Below are positions 11,124 to 24,445 of a DNA stretch of 64,000 nucleotides, piece after piece; position 1 is the first letter of the stretch; each line of letters begins with the position of its first letter. The notes under the pieces were generated by a model. It had not been told where the DNA came from. It saw nothing but the letters and a program-made list of their open reading frames with translations, and searched no databases. The translations under genes and the position numbers were made by a program. The stretch lies in NCBI GenBank assembly GCA_040954595.2, contig CM082592.2, positions 2,108,001 to 2,172,000 on the forward strand, written 5' to 3'. Origin of the DNA: Balanoglossus misakiensis (lineage: Eukaryota; Animalia; Hemichordata).

Positions 11124-13794
11124 ATCTGCCCTGTGTACGTACGTGAGTACACATATATACAGGGTATGAAACGAATTTTCAGCCCACCGCCATTTGGCAA
11201 CTATTACGAAGAAGATCGTTACCAAACCAGAGTATGCGTTTTAGATTAGATAGAAACCTAAATGTCTGGCTTTTCAATTTTCAAAAGTCGGTCGAACATT
11301 CGAGATATTATCGATCGAAAAGTGTCACTCGTCCTGGGGACGTGCGTTACCGACGTAAAATGGCGTTTGGGCGATGTCGCAAATTTCTCTCTGAAAGGTA
11401 TACATAGGACATACTGTTTCATGCAAAAAAAATCATAGCAAATATAACAGTGATGCACATGAACAACGTCCACCATGACTGGGAGGAGCTGAGCTGAGCT
11501 CACGCATAGTTTCATACACATGATATAAAACCCGGCGATCGAACACGGCACTTCAGGTCACCAGATTCGCAATGGTTTTGTATACGGATTTGTTGTATTT
11601 TTCACGTTTTCCGTTTTTTATTCATGATTAATCCAACACTTTTCAAGACACATTCTAAGCAAAAATGAAAATTATTGACTACACTTCGATAGCACTCTGC
11701 TCCGTAGAACAAAGTGTCCCCCCTGTCCCCCCTTTTTGGTAACGCACGTCCCCAGACTCCATGTGAGCGATTGCATACCCTTCCTAACATACACTGTATA
11801 CGAACGCGTCTGTCCTGGCTAGCAACGGAGTCGTACGATCGTCTGCCGCGCGCGCTGGGCCGGGCGCGTGCGCGCGTGCGGTTGTAGATTGCTCCATCAC
11901 TTCCGCGGAACGCGGCGCTAGTGCGTTCGCTCGCATATTTTGCAAGTCCGGCGCTAGTGCGTTCGCTCGCATATTTTGCAAGTCCAGCTGTAGCTAGGCC
12001 GTTCGTGAGTGTAGTTCTCGTTCACATAAAAAAAAACACGAAATAATTTTTTGTGTGTTCGTTTATGCCTATGCTAAATTATCCATACACTTTATTGTTC
12101 CATGACGCCCGTGGTTACACGAGGTAACTCCGCAGGCAACTCGACGCGCAACCCGAGTCGCGTCGCTACATCGAACAGTTTACACACGACGTGGCATTCG
12201 TGTAGAACAGACGTTTGGAACAACAAACGATACTTGTACATGTAAATTATGATACATCCCTCAAAAGCCAAAGGTCTTGAGAGGCAATTTTATACCCTGT
12301 ATATTTTGTACTATAGGTTAGATAAGTCGCGGGCGCGCACGCACGCGTACACATCCCTTTACTGCTCAGGACGAGATCGCACATAAAGTACGGTGCCTAG
12401 TGTATGAGGTACGCGTACATTCAGTAGAACAAAGTGCTTCTAAAGATTAAAAAACATGTAAACAATCTCACTAATTGTCAAATTACAAAAACGGGGTTGA
12501 ATCACGTTAACAGTCAAACCATTTCTCGCGTACTTGGTGTTACAAGGTGTTTGCCAATGTCATTTGACTTACTACTGGTATAGACCTTGAAAGCAAATGG
12601 ATATATCATCGAATTTTCTGTGTTATTGCTGCGTTTGGAAACTATCGGCCGCTGTGCCATATTTCAGCCTGCATATTTATTTTTCGTTGGTTGATGATTG
12701 TATGTCTCGTAACATAGTTATTACTCTCGTGAACAGCAAGAGTTGCATAGGGATGCCATAATACACAAACGATGTTAAACTCTCATGAGATTAGGCACGA
12801 TTTCAGGCGGACGTCGTGTCATGTGTTGGCTATACGCGAAGTAAACCACATTGAATGGCGAACACAGTTCTTGAATACGTACATTATTATCGCCGAAAAA
12901 GCATGGTTACGGTTGAAAAACTTTACCTTGTTTTATCGGTTTTTCGTGACAAATAATAGGGCACGATTTTTTCATCGCTTTGGTTTTCAATACACATTTG
13001 CGGATGCAATCATTCATCGCGAAAACCGGTGCATGCGCTATGCGATCCGTTGGTGCTATTCCATCAAAATTCCGTTTTGAGAGATCAATAGCACAGTTTC
13101 GTAGCGAAGATCACGGCGATTTACACTGACAAAAATGCACGGCTACCATGCAAGCAGTTTTTTCTATCACTCAAATTTCTTTTGACTGAACTATGTGCAA
13201 AAAATGAATATAAAATTTGTATAAGTGTTTTTTTTTCATAAATTTTCAATACAATACATGTAGCATTGAAAGTGGCAGATTCAGACTCTCAAAATATTTA
13301 CCGGAATGGCATAAAAATCTAACACTGATACAAATTTGACAAAATTCCTATAAGAATCACGGCTGTCATTCGCTTTACTTTGCGCAGATACAGCCCGCCC
13401 AAAATTGAAATTCCCTGATATACAACTCTTATTATGAACACGGGGTTAGCGTTCTAAATTGACAACTTCGTTCTGCCGGCCTGCGCTGTTACAAGCAACT
13501 GCTTTTGTATTCATTGGATACCAGCGATGCAACAGGTGTGAATTTTAGCACCGGTATTTTCAGTTTCAGAGTCTTTGCATGCAATTATCGCTCGGTCACC
13601 CTTTTGTCTCACTCGCTCGGTCACCCTTTTGTCTCACTCATGAAAAAATCAATATGTCATCAGGGAACTTTTAGCACCTTTTTGTACAAGAGTATTCCTT
13701 CGAGTTGGGCTGAATTACCAGTGCTTCTGAATTTATTTGAATATATTTAGTTTGAACAAAAACAACGAAACTGGTTTCAACCAACCAACAGATT

Positions 13795-15440
13795 GTCTGA
13801 AGTGCTTTTTCTTGTTTCTCAACACCATTTCGTTTCCCCTTTCCTGCAAGTAGCATCTTGCCACACAAGTCTCTTTCTGCTTTCACAACAGTCATCGTGC
13901 CAGAAGAGAAGACAAACCAAACAGCAGATTGTCACCGAGCGAGCGAGCAGGAAGGGCACATCTTTGATGACCGGATCTCCAAACTGCAATATTTGTCCGA
14001 CAGACACACTTCGTTTTCGTTCCATGATTTTCCTGCCACACAAGTCTCTTTCTGCTGTCATCGTGTCAGAAGAGAAGACAAACCAAACAGCAGATTGTCA
14101 CCGAGCGAGCGAGCAGGAAGGGCACATCTTTGATGACCGGATCTCCAAACTACGATATGCACCGAGTTAAGTTTTCTGTTTCCATTTTACATGATTTACT
14201 GGTTAAATATGTATACTTGCAGCCCAGTCTAGACCCCCATCTTATTGCATTTTCTGTGTATTTTACCGGTATTTTCGGAAAGACACGCGCCTAAAATGTA
14301 CCACGGTTGGGTACAAACGATTTGTCCAACAGACACACGACGTTTTCGAATTTCGTTCCATGATTTGCATGATCGGTGTTTTTCAAAGAAAATAGGCTAA
14401 ATCGATTGCAAAACGCGCCAAAATTTCGCGATATTGGTAACCTTCACATGTAATAAATGGGCCGACCGGTTTATAAATTAGCTGTCCATATGAGCCAGGA
14501 TCTGACAGCCGACCTCCAGACTCAGGCATTTAGCACATGCACCATTGCACCCTGCACCCTGCAAACTAAAATTCTAACTCACATTATTATCCCTAACACT
14601 GTCTGTGGCTAGAGGTATGCTGCTAGATACCTATGGGGGTCCAAATTCTTCTAAAATTTTCGGTAAGAACATTTTTTTATGGGAAAGATAGGCGTTTATT
14701 ATACACGCAAAAGTTTTTATCTGACACGCGAGATTTTCGTTAAATTATAGTTTACTTTGGCTATCCAAGTTGCATGTTATAAAACGACACAGCAGTTCTT
14801 AGTTTTTATTCATAAAAAGGGAATTTCAAGAATATGCATGATTGCAAAATGAAAACGCCACAATTTCACGATATCGGTCGTCCAGTTTACAGATTAGCTT
14901 TTTGAAACTTTTTTCGGAACGTTCGTAGACAAGGATGCGCGCCCAGGCTAGTTCGACCAATTTGTCATGGCATAGGCCTAATTCACGAAGCAGCCCCGCG
15001 CCCAAGCTTCTCTGAAGTGCTTTTTTGTCTCTCAACACAATTTCTTTTCCCCTTTCCTACAAGAATACTTGAAAGTTTCATCCTGCCACACAAGTCTCTT
15101 TCTGCTTTCTCGACAGTCATCTTGTCAGAAGTTATGGAATTTATAAAGAGAAGACAACCAAACAGCAGATTGGCACCGAACGAGGAGGAAGGGCACGTCT
15201 TTGATGACCGAATCTCCAAACTGCGATATGCACAGAGTTAAGTTTTCCTTTTCCATTTTACACCATTTACTTTAATACTTGCAGCCCGGTCCAGACCCCA
15301 TCTCATTGCATTTTCTGTCTATTTTACCAGTATTTTCGGAAAGACACGCGCCTAACATGTACCATGGTTGGGTACAAAAGATCTGTCCAACAGACACATT
15401 ATGTTTTCGAATTTCGTTCCATGATTTGCATGATCGGTGT
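13795..15440 (+). repeat. Dispersed and tandem duplicated blocks
   Basis: 13848-13985 is repeated at 14030-14150. The block 13795-14380 is repeated with divergence at 15010-15440 (ctgccacacaagtctctttctgct...ggaagggcacatctttgatgaccg...). Confidence 0.8.
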
Positions 15441-15699
15441 TATTTTTTTAAAGTTTAACACGAATGCCCGTAAGATCAATTTTTCGTGGCCTTTACTTGT
15501 TTCAACTAAGTCATTCCAGAAGAAACCAACTTTGAAGACAAGATACCGGTAAACCAGCCCATTCTCGCCATTCTCTTTCTGTCTTCTCAACAGTCAGATC
15601 CAGAAGAAATTAAAGAGACAGCAACCAGATTTCACGAAGGAAGGCCCACGCAAAAGTCATGCCAGAAGAAACGAAATTTGAAGTGAAGAAACCAGCAGT

Positions 15700-16365
15700 A
15701 AACCAGTCGCCATTGTAGGAGAAATGGACTTTAAAGAGAAGACAAAGAGAATCCAGCCCGCGGCCCACCACCACCACCCCACTCCACCAACCTCAACATT
15801 ACATATTCTTATTTGGCATCTTGCCACATTATATTAAACAGTTTCTTTCTGCTTTCTCAACAGTTACTGTGTCAGGTGAAATCAAATTTAGGGAGGAGGC
15901 AATCAGAATCCAGTGCAATCTTCAAACCAGTCGCCATTGTAGGAGAAATGGACTTTAAAGAGAAGACAAAGAGAATCCAGCCCGCGGCCCACCACCACCA
16001 CCCCACTCCACCAACCTCAGCATTACATATTCTTATTTGGCATCTTGCCACATTATATTAAACAGTTTCTTTCTGCTTTCTCAACAGTTACTGTGTCAGG
16101 TGAAATCAAATTTAAGGAGGAGGCAATCAGAATCCAGTGCAATCTTCAAACCAGTCGCCATTGTAGGAGAAATGGACTTTAAAGAGAAGACAAAGAGAAT
16201 CCAGCCCGCGGCCCACCACCACCACCCCACTCCACCAACCTCAACATTACATATTCTTATTTGGCATCTTGCCACATTGTATTAAAACAGATTCTTTCTG
16301 CTTTCTCAACAGTCACTGTGTCAGAGGAAATCAAATTTAAGGAGGAGGCAATCAGAATCCAGTTC
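15700..16365 (+). repeat. Tandem repeat, 224-bp unit, about 3 copies
   Basis: aaaccagtcgccattgtaggagaaatggactttaaagagaag recurs at about 15701, 15924 and 16148. Confidence 0.9.
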
Positions 16366-16494
16366 ACCGGACAAAATCCTTGAAATATTATTCTACACAA
16401 CCATGCCAGCTGTAATCTTGACACACAAATTAATCAAATCTTTGTGATATCTCAACAGATTTATCACACCATGCGAAGACAGAAGAAAGATTTT

Positions 16495-18120
16495 ATAACA
16501 TTTTAACGATATATTTCCTCTGTTTGCCTCCACAGATCACCCAGGACAGAAGATTGAAGACAGAAGATTGAAGACAGAAGATTGCAGCGATTTATCTGGT
16601 AGGTTAAATTCCATGTCATAAATTTATATTTATTTTAAAATATTCTAACGATATATTTCCTCTGCTTGCCTCCACAGATCACCCAGGACAGAAGATTGAA
16701 GACAGAAGATTGAAGATTGAAGACAGAAGAATTTGCAGCGATTTATCTGGTAGGTTAAATTCCATGTCATAAATTTATATTTATTTTAAAATATTCTAAC
16801 GATATATTTCCTCTGTTTGCCTCCACAGATCACCCAGGACAGAAGATTGAAGACAGAAGATTGAAGATTGAAGACAGAAGAATTTGCAGCGATTTATCTG
16901 GTAGGTTAAATTCCATGTCGTAAATTTATATTTATTTTAAAATATTCTAACGATATATTTCCTCCGTTTGCCTCCACAGATCACCCAGGACAGAAGATTG
17001 AAGACAGAAGATTGAAGATTGAAGACAGAAGAATTTGCAGCGATTTATCTGGTAGGTTAAATTCCATGTCATAAATTTATATTTATTTTAAAATATTCTA
17101 ACGATATATTTCCTCCGTTTGCCTCCACAGATCACCCAGGACAGAAGATTGAAGACAGAAGATTGAAGACAGAAGACAGAAGAATTTGCAGCGATTTATC
17201 TGGTAGGTTAAATTCCATGTCATAAATTTATATTTATTTTAAAATATTCTAACGATATATTTCCTCCGTTTGCCTCCACAGATCACCCAGGACAGAAGAT
17301 TGAAGACAGAAGATTGAAGATTGAAGACAGAAGAATTTGCAGCGATTTATCTGGTAGGTTAAATTCCATGTCATAAATTTATATTTATTTTAAAATATTC
17401 TAACGATATATTTCCTCTGTTTGCCTCCACAGATCACCCAGGACAGAAGATTGAAGACAGAAGATTGAAGATTGAAGACAGAAGAATTTGCAGCGATTTA
17501 TCTGGTAGGTTAAATTCCATGTCATAAATTTATATTTATTTTAAAATATTCTAACGATATATTTCCTCTGTTTGCCTCCACAGATCACCCAGGACAGAAG
17601 ATTGAAGACAGAAGATTGAAGATTGAAGACAGAAGAATTTGCAGCGATTTATCTGGTAGGTTAAATTCCATGTCATAAATTTATATTTATTTTAAAATAT
17701 TCTAACGATATATTTCCTCTGTTTGCCTCCACAGATCACCCAGGACAGAAGATTGAAGACAGAAGATTGAAGATTGAAGACAGAAGAATTTGCAGCGATT
17801 TATCTGGTAGGTTAAATTCCATGTCATAAATTTATATTTATTTTAAAATATTCTAACGATATATTTCCTCTGTTTGCCTCCACAGATCACCCAGGACAGA
17901 AGATTGAAGACAGAAGATTGAAGATTGAAGACAGAAGAATTTGCAGCGATTTATCTGGTAGGTTAAATTCCATGTCATAAATTTATATTTATTTTAAAAT
18001 ATTCTAACGATATATTTCCTCTGTTTGCCTCCACAGATCACCCAGGACAGAAGATTGAAGACAGAAGATTGAAGAGAGAAGACAGAAGACAGAAGATTGC
18101 AGCGATAATTCTGGTAGGTT
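16495..18120 (+). repeat. Tandem array of 11 units (151-bp period), each an exon-like segment plus an intron-like segment
   Basis: The unit ttgcctccacAG|atcacccaggacagaagattgaag...gatttatctg|GTaggt starts at 16536, 16678, 16829, 16980, 17131, 17282, 17433, 17584, 17735, 17886 and 18037. Confidence 0.95.
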
Positions 18121-21100
18121 TTATTCCAATAATTTCCTTCATGCACTTACTAACATTCTATTTATATCTGTTTCTACTTCTGCAGACTGCACAAGACCTT
18201 CGACTGTACCTGGACGCGCGCAGGGGCAGAGGTTGGGGGTTGTTTGGGCCCTTCCCAGGATGAGAAAGAAATAATTTGATATAGGTTGAGATACTTACAA
18301 ATTTCAGTTTGCAAACTGAGTTGTGGGACTCCCCCCTTTAGATAGGGACACACGGCCTTGTAATGGGATTCTGGGGGCAGGCCCTTTTAGAGTAGGTGCC
18401 GTCATAGTGGGTAGCTTCACGTGCTGACGGTGTAATCTAAACATTGGAAAAATGTGTTTTTTCAATGTTTAGAGACTAAACCCACTTCCCCAAAAATGTA
18501 AGCTGTCCTTTGGAATCAAGTTCAAGAACACAGTGAGATGTCCTACTCCAGGAATGAAGTCCTTGGTGTTAGAAGATCTTGCATGGCATTGTGTACTGGA
18601 TATTATGAGTTTACTGGGCATGGCAGCTAACAGTGATCAGGTAAACGATTGTGCAGTGTTGCTTACACTTGAAAATGAAAGGAATGCAAGAACTATTTAC
18701 TGTTGGACGTTTTAATTCTGTATGTTCCTCATGCTGGTATTAGGAGTAAAAAGGGTAGATTTCCAATCCGTGTTTTTCTTACCATGTCATTGCTGAAATA
18801 CTTCGTGATAATTATATTTTAAAGAGGGTGTTTAATGAAAATGTTGAAATTCAGTGCAGATGGACCACTTTTATCTGTAGAATTATGGGTACTTGTCATC
18901 AGGAAAAACTGTTCAAATTATTTGATGTAAAATCTTGGTCACAGCTGTTCAAGAGTACAAAAATTAAGTTTAAAAAAAGACTTAATGATGCTTATTTTTC
19001 TTTGCTTGCAGAAAAATGATCCTGACCCTGAATTATGGATGGTGAGTAACCGTGGTAACAAACAAATGTTCTGACTGAGTATTTTATTTATGATTCATCT
19101 CCAGTCTCTCTGCAAACACAAATGACAGCGAAACTTATTGTTGGGTAAAGGAAAACCACTGACTTCACCCTTTCTGTCAAAACAGTGGATAGAAATTACC
19201 AAGCAACGTATTAGACTTCTTGAAGTTAATTTTTTTCAAATAATTAATTTGTCATGGGAACATGGCAGCCATTATCATTGTCAAAAAGACAAATGCTTGG
19301 TGCAGATTTTTCTGTTCATTTTCTGTGCCAGTCTTTGTGAATTAGCACATTACTGGGGTGAGCCAATGTGCCTTGCTTCCATGGAACGTACTCTAATATT
19401 AATTGTAGAAATATTTCTATGTGAAATAAGTTAGAATCTCCATGTCAAGAAAGGGACTTTATGAAATTGAAATATATAAGAAAAATACTAAGATATTTTC
19501 TTTGTTTGTTTCAGGCTCTTTAAAGTATACCTCCATTGTTGTGTCTGGCAATAACAGTGTCAAGTCATGTGACCGGTAAGTTATTTTTTTTTATACAAGC
19601 ATGGAGGTGTATCTTGAATTTTTTTATATTGAAACTTCTTAAAATTGTGAAACTGATAGTTCTGTTCACGAACGGTTTAATTCATTTGAAATTTTAGGAT
19701 TGCCATTCGTCTTTATCCAAAGTTTCTCCATTACGGTCACCTATGTAAATTTAGCTGCAGTTACCACGGCAATATGAGATCACAGATTTGTAGTGGGTGG
19801 CACATGCGAAAAAAAAGAGCACCACCATATCTTCTTTTAAACACTGAAATGCTCCATTTAGCCATATATGATCGTATGTAATTTGGAGGTGACCGTGTAC
19901 CTTTAATGCAATCACAAATCAGACTACAAGTCAAAACTAATTATTTCTTTAATTTTTTTTTCTATGCAGATAATCTGCATGGCGGATAACCTGCACATTG
20001 CATGTCATTTCCATGGGTTTGCTGGCGCTGTATCTGACTAAGACAATAAAAGACAGCCAGACGGAAATGAAATTATATGTAATGAAAGAAGCCAGGTAAG
20101 TTCAGTGCTTTGATTTAAATGTTGAAAGCTGCAGTGATATCAAATTTACAGCTTTTAAGAAATGATGTCTTGTCGAACAGAAAGTGGGGTACTCCACCAT
20201 GGATATTTTCCATTTTTGGCAATTGTGAAAAATATTTTGATTCTGATCAATTTCGGCTTTGCAATGCCTATTTCCTACAATAAAATTTATAGCAATGGTA
20301 TTATTTTTTATTCACAGAGAACTTGGTGGATTGGTTTCTGTTATGCTGTGGTTGATCATTTGTGGAAATTCTGTAAGGTCAGTTTTGTCTCCAGATTTTT
20401 GTTGCAGTGTTAATTTATTCATTTATTCACAGGCTATCACACTTGTACTGTCTGTCGAGGATTTATTTTCAAACAAATTAGAACACTTCCACGACCATCA
20501 GTTTTAATGGTCTAGTAATGATGTGTAATTAAAGGCACAATTGGTCCATTATCACTGTTACCATGGAAAATACAGTACAGCCAATCACAGATTTTCAGTT
20601 AGTGCGTTGCACCTGCAAAAAAGTGCCACCACATGGATATTGAAACACTTATACACAACCTTAGTACCATGTACAGGCATATGAAATGTCATATTCATAT
20701 TTAAAATGGTTGCAATATTTTCAGGAACATCCCTTTACCACCCTTAATTGTTGTCCTATTTTTTGTTCACCAGGTTGTGTTTGAGTTTGTCATATCTGAC
20801 ACTTGGGGGCGCTGTGCTAGCATCAGTTCCAATCTTGCCCTAGATAGGTGTGTACATTAACACGGAGTATAGAGAGAAAATGCCGGAACACTGTAAAACT
20901 GTCATGTTATGATGTATGCAGACAAGGACTCATAGTGGAAATATGGATTGAAGGACTATGTGAAAAGAAGTTCTGTCTAATGTGGAACCTATCCAAGCTG
21001 GAACCTTGTGGGATATACACTGAGACACTGGTGTGGATTGCTGTAATGCATCGCTTGGAAGCTCATGTTAGCCATAGACAACATTGACATGGGAGGTGAA

Positions 21101-22510
21101 AACATCAGTGATGTACTGCATTGTTCCAAAACTCCTGGACAATTCCTCGAACAATAGTGCTGCAGTGCATTGCCTGTTGGCATAGCAACCTCAAATAACA
21201 AAGCATAGGGACTTCACAGAAGAGCAGTACTTCCTCTGTCCTGGTTTAATTAAATTAATCAAATTTTGGCTCAAACCTCGTGGTCTTGGTTTTCATGAAA
21301 TTGATGTTCCAAGCACACAGTTGAGTGTTTGACGCATGGCTTGAATTTAGCAGAAGCCTCATGCCAACGGACTACCAATTGCTCCTTACAGACTACTAAT
21401 TTTACAAAATGGTAGTCAGCGCTGTCTACCAATAGGTGGAGCCATTTCAGCTGTGCTATTGTGTTAACACTGTATTACTGGCAGGCATACATGTTGCTAG
21501 AACGTTTGTAGCAAAATTTTCTCTTCATCAAATTTCCAAACAATGTTTCATGATTTTGCAACATTTATGCAAATAGTGTTTTATTTGTTTGGCATAGTGC
21601 TTTTAATTTATATAGTTGTGTGGTTACTTTGATATGGAATTGTTAGTAATAATCTTCCTCCGTTGTTTTAGTATTCTGGACCGTAGAAAATGACTTTCCT
21701 AGCTCAATTCAGACTTTGAATTTTGCCACTACTAGTTGAAACAGGCAGAATTGGAGAAGAAGCTTTGAATGAAAAAAATTGTTTATTTAACACAGAGAAT
21801 GCAATAGAAGACGAATTTGCGTTGTGGCTTGTTGTATTGCATCTAAGTCAATAAATAAATATTATCTATCTTAAATAAATATTATCTATCTATTTACTAT
21901 GTCTGTGATGTTTGATTGAAATATTTTGTTAGTCTCCATGGGAAATCAAATCTTCACACCTTCCAAATGTATACCTTGTCTGTTGACATGTTGATAAAGT
22001 ACAGAAAGCTTACTGATTCCAATTTGCTGTTCTGATAACTATTACTAAGCTATGTGCGTGACTTTATTCACTCTCGTCAAATAGTTGTAGCTAGTTAGGG
22101 CTGTGAAGTGTCTGGGCTCAACAGCTGCTAAATACCTGAACGTCGGCTATTCTGGCAATCCCCCCCCCCCCTTCAGGCCCTATACAATGCATTGATAGTG
22201 AGACTGGGAACAACCCCCTTCAAGGTCGGGTCGGACTATGACTGACGTCATGGTACTATTTTAGCATGGGCGTCACTTTCTCTTCTCGTTGGCCTTGCCT
22301 CTCCAGAGGGCGCCGTCTTTGGCTTTTCAGAGATGCGGTCAAGACCTCTCTCCGAATCCATTTTGTTCAACCAATCAGAGTGCTGAAATGGCGTTCGATT
22401 TGAGGGAAGGTAACTGATTTGTCAATGGCGTTCCACTAGGAATATCACCATGGTTGCCTACTTCACGATTCCATTGTTATAGATCGTTCGCCGAAAATTG
22501 AGAAAATCTG

Positions 22511-24420
22511 ATTTTTAGGTCCTATTGGTATGTACCATGGGACCTTATGGGATTGGTTGTGTCTGTATGTATGTATGTATGGATGGATGGATGGATGGAT
22601 GTATGTCTGTATGTCCGTCCACATCAAAAACAATGAAAAAACCGCGGCGCGTATGACCTCGATATTTGGTGTGTAGATGCAAGCAGGGCTGTAGATGGGA
22701 GTTTGTTCAAATGAAGTTGTCATTGCCAAAAATATGCAAATTAGCTGGGAAAATGTGAAATTGGTCAAAACTCAAAAACTCGACAACTACACAGTACATT
22801 ATTTTACCCACAATTCTCCATGATTTGTATCATCGAAGGTTGCCAATTTAATGACTTTTTCTGTTTTAGATACTAACAATGATATGAAGTATATATAGAT
22901 TCATTTATTTTTATCTAGAAAAAGTACGATTAGAAATTAGAGTGAAAATTTCAAAATCAAAATTTAAAAGCCATAGGAATCAAAGTATCCATGTACTGCA
23001 AATGTAACACTTTGGAGGAAACAAGCAATGACTAACTGAGGTGGCCAGTGTCTGTTGAAAGTTAACATGTAAATTTCCATTGTTCTGTCAATAGAAAAAA
23101 ATCAATATCCTTTTGCTTGATTAAACAGGTGTTTCAAGTGTCCCTGTTTTACTTCAAACTTTTTTTGTATAGCTAGCTATGCAATTGCTTGATTATTTTA
23201 TAAAATTCGTATCTCCTCTCTCAATAATGCATATTTTTTAAAATCATTTGAAATGGCAATTGACAATAAGATTTGCCTTAAAAGTACGATCTCAAATTTT
23301 GTATTAGTGGTCTACAATTCTCTGTACACATGTGAACTATGCCTGGTTTGTCTGAGGAATCTCTGAGCGTACAAATCAGAATGAATCATGGGATATTTCT
23401 AGTACTGTGAACCACTGGTCATATCGATTTGAAAATTGGTACGCATGTACCTTATGTCAACCTCATACAGGCCTGTCTGTTTTGAGCTAATATTATCGAT
23501 ATCCTATTTTTTATGCATTTTTTGTATTTTTTCCATGTTATAGGTAAAAAGTCTTCATTTCTGAAAGTGATGGGCTTACTTCTTTGAAATATAGTATGAA
23601 GCTTCCTAATGGTTGTCTGAGTAACCATAGATTTGTTCAAATTGTTGCAAAATTTGCATATTTATAATTTTGAGGAATATTTGCCATTTTTGGTCAATTT
23701 TTTTTTCTTTAAAACCGCATGCCAGATTGCTTTGCAATCTGGTAGGCATGTTGTAAAATATGTGATATTTGCATAAATGTGTTATCGGGGAAACTTGCAA
23801 TTTTTGTCAAAAATTGTTTTCTCTGAAACTGCTTGTCATATTGCATTGAACTTTGGTAGCATGTTCCTTGTAGTGATTGAAGTAAGATATTGTACAATTT
23901 TGGTGATATTTGCATATTTGTTTTTTTGCCACTTTTGAACAAATATTTTCTGTGAACCTGCTTATTGGATTGCTTTGAAATTTTTTTTTTCTCTGATTGC
24001 TTTGAAATTTAAGATATAATTTCATAACACATACATGTATATGTGCAACTTTTATTCAATTCTGATATTAGAAATATTCAATATTTCGCGAGTTTTTTTT
24101 TGTAAGTTTCTTTGATTTTGGTTAGCAAATCTTCTCCTAAACCAATTGTCCAGTTGTTTTTAAAGTTACTATTTACAAGGAGTTGTTACCTCCAACTAAA
24201 GACATGTTACAGAGAACACCAGCTATTACATTTTTAATTACCAGTGGCAGGTCAGTGTGTGTGTGTGTCTGTCTGTCTGTCTGTTCCAGGGCTGACTGAA
24301 AGAAGTTGCTTCTCATATGTGTTTGTACAGACAATTTGTAGTAAAAAAAAATTCTAGCACCACTTGTAAGACTGCCATGACACATGACAGTTTATTGGGC
24401 ATGTTCCTTGTTAATTTTTT
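22511..24420 (+). mobile_element. Helentron-associated non-autonomous element (HINE/DINE-1-like), copy 1
   Basis: Starts with tttttaggtcctattggtat-gtaccatgggacc (terminal hairpin), then a (tgta)/(tgga) microsatellite and a core shared with the copies at about 31645 and 33891. The right end is approximate. Confidence 0.6.
22790..23409. mobile_element. Transib-like MITE (CACAGTA termini, 5-bp TSD)
   Basis: Ends are cacagtac...gtactgtg, flanked by aacta/aacca. The segment is absent from the homologous position in the other two HINE copies. Confidence 0.6.
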
Positions 24421-24445
24421 TACATTCCATATTTCTATATGGTAA

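Noticed and set aside
11912-11985. Short (~37-bp) tandem duplication in a GC-rich patch
   Set aside because: Only two copies with no spacer and no further structure.
16495-18120. Possible CRISPR-like array
   Set aside because: The units are near-identical along their whole length with no unique spacers, the context is eukaryotic, and there are no cas genes.
18260-20770. Possible intronic snoRNAs in the ORF-less exon chain
   Set aside because: No convincing C/D box pair with a terminal stem or H/ACA structure was seen by eye.
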